Origin: Octopus sinensis
Lineage: Eukaryota
DNA: 64,000 nt
Reading direction: 5' to 3'
Assembly (NCBI RefSeq): GCF_006345805.1
Contig: NC_043003.1
Span: forward strand, 30,938,001 to 31,002,000
Within the stretch, counting starts at the first letter, position 1. Every line of letters begins with the position of its first letter. Under the pieces are notes generated by a model that was given only the letters and a program-made list of their open reading frames with translations, was not told the DNA's origin and did no database searches. Both the position numbers and the translations under genes were made by a program. Below, piece after piece: positions 62,887 through 64,000 of the stretch.

Positions 62887-64000
62887 GCGCCCGCCCCCCC
62901 ACCCCCACCACCAATACCGTTGAACACTGTTCTCACCCCCACCACCAATACCGTTGAACACTGTTCTCACCCCCCCCCCCACACAATACCAGTATACCCC
63001 GTTCTCTCTATCTACACCGGATACACCTTACTCATCTACACTGGGTACGCCCTACTCCCTCCTCCTCCTCCCATACCACTTCTCCTCATATGCTTAAGAC
63101 AAGCTGCTAGCGCCATAGCTCATCAACTGCCCACCGATCTTACGCTTCCTCCTGACACTGCCTCAATCCGACCATCCCCTTTTAGTACCCTCCCGCCTCG
63201 TCAATCCGACCATCCCCTTTAGTACCCTCCCGCCTCGTAATATCCTACGTTTTTATTTCTTAGGAACCTACACCAACCCTTCCTGCCATCGTTCCTCCTT
63301 ACCCCAACCTTCCCCACTGGTTGCTCCCCTATATTACCCGCCTCAACTGGACCTCCCCAACTCAACTCTAGAATATCTGTATTTCTTTCCTCTACCTAAT
63401 TACGTTACTCAGAGACGATAACAAATGTCCACTGCTAACACCAGCTCCTGCCCACGGCGTGGTCAGGTTGGAAGAGAGATCAAAAGAAAAATACCACGAA
63501 AACTAGCCACCACCACTACAACCCTCCTCTTCTCAGGCGCCGAATCCCCCCTGTCCCCCCCACATCTCCTTCCCAGTTTTCAGAGTTGGCACTATCAATG
63601 TTGGTACATTGACAGGCAAGTCTAGTGAGATTGTAGAGATGCTAGAGAGAAGACAGGTTGATGTAGCTGATACAAGAGGTAAGATGGAGAGATGCTTCGG
63701 CTAGGGTCCTCACGGGCAAGGCACTTAGATACAAACTCTACTGGCAAATGGTAACGCGGAAGGTGTAGGGGGGTTGTAGGCATTCTCCTTGCGGAGGAAT
63801 GGGTGGATAAGGTATAGAGGTTGTCAGGGTTTGTGATAGAGTGCTTAAGCTCAGGTTGGTCCTACAGAGTGGCACAGCTATGATTATCTCAGCCTATGCC
63901 CCACAAGGGGACTACCAAATGATCAGAAGGACAACTTTTATGATACCCTTCTGCAGGCTACTTCAAAGACAGTAACAAGGACCTCATCTTTGTAGGTGGA
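62887..64000 (+). mobile_element. 5' part of an RTE LINE (copy E): C-rich 5' UTR, ORF start at 63425 and APE endonuclease, running off the window
   Basis: MSTANTSS... then, across 1-bp indels, FRVGTINVGTLTGKSSEIVEMLERR, IQEVRW, GILLAEEWVDKV, IISAYAPQ, DLIFVGG; homologous to copy B 21780-22330. Confidence 0.9.

Overview
AT-rich animal genomic DNA. The repeat complement (tRNA-headed SINEs with internal TA/TG tracts, RTE LINEs with (GAT)n tails, dense microsatellites) suggests an octopus-like cephalopod; this is inference. The only host gene found is a PP2C/PPM metal-dependent protein phosphatase of the C. elegans ppm-2 / Drosophila CG17746 type. Six + strand coding exons (578 nt, under 1% of the window) join in frame across 4.6-13.8 kb introns, and the first and last exons lie outside the window. 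The rest is intronic and TE-rich: several RTE-clade LINE copies, whose RT-bearing members carry a C4HC3 PHD finger in ORF2; two R4/Dong-type fragments; a Tx1-like remnant; mariner, piggyBac-like and Tigger-like DNA elements; and three SINE families. The most notable signal is the RTE UTR architecture. A 7.5-copy array of about 347-bp CpG-rich monomers is fused to the 5' end of an RTE at 60300-64000, and an older copy has a different duplicated upstream unit. The 3' UTRs are built from variable numbers of about 66-bp hairpin modules, and there is an ORF-less 5'UTR-3'UTR fusion derivative. Several long intronic hairpins are also present. Coordinates were read by hand; TE boundaries are approximate.
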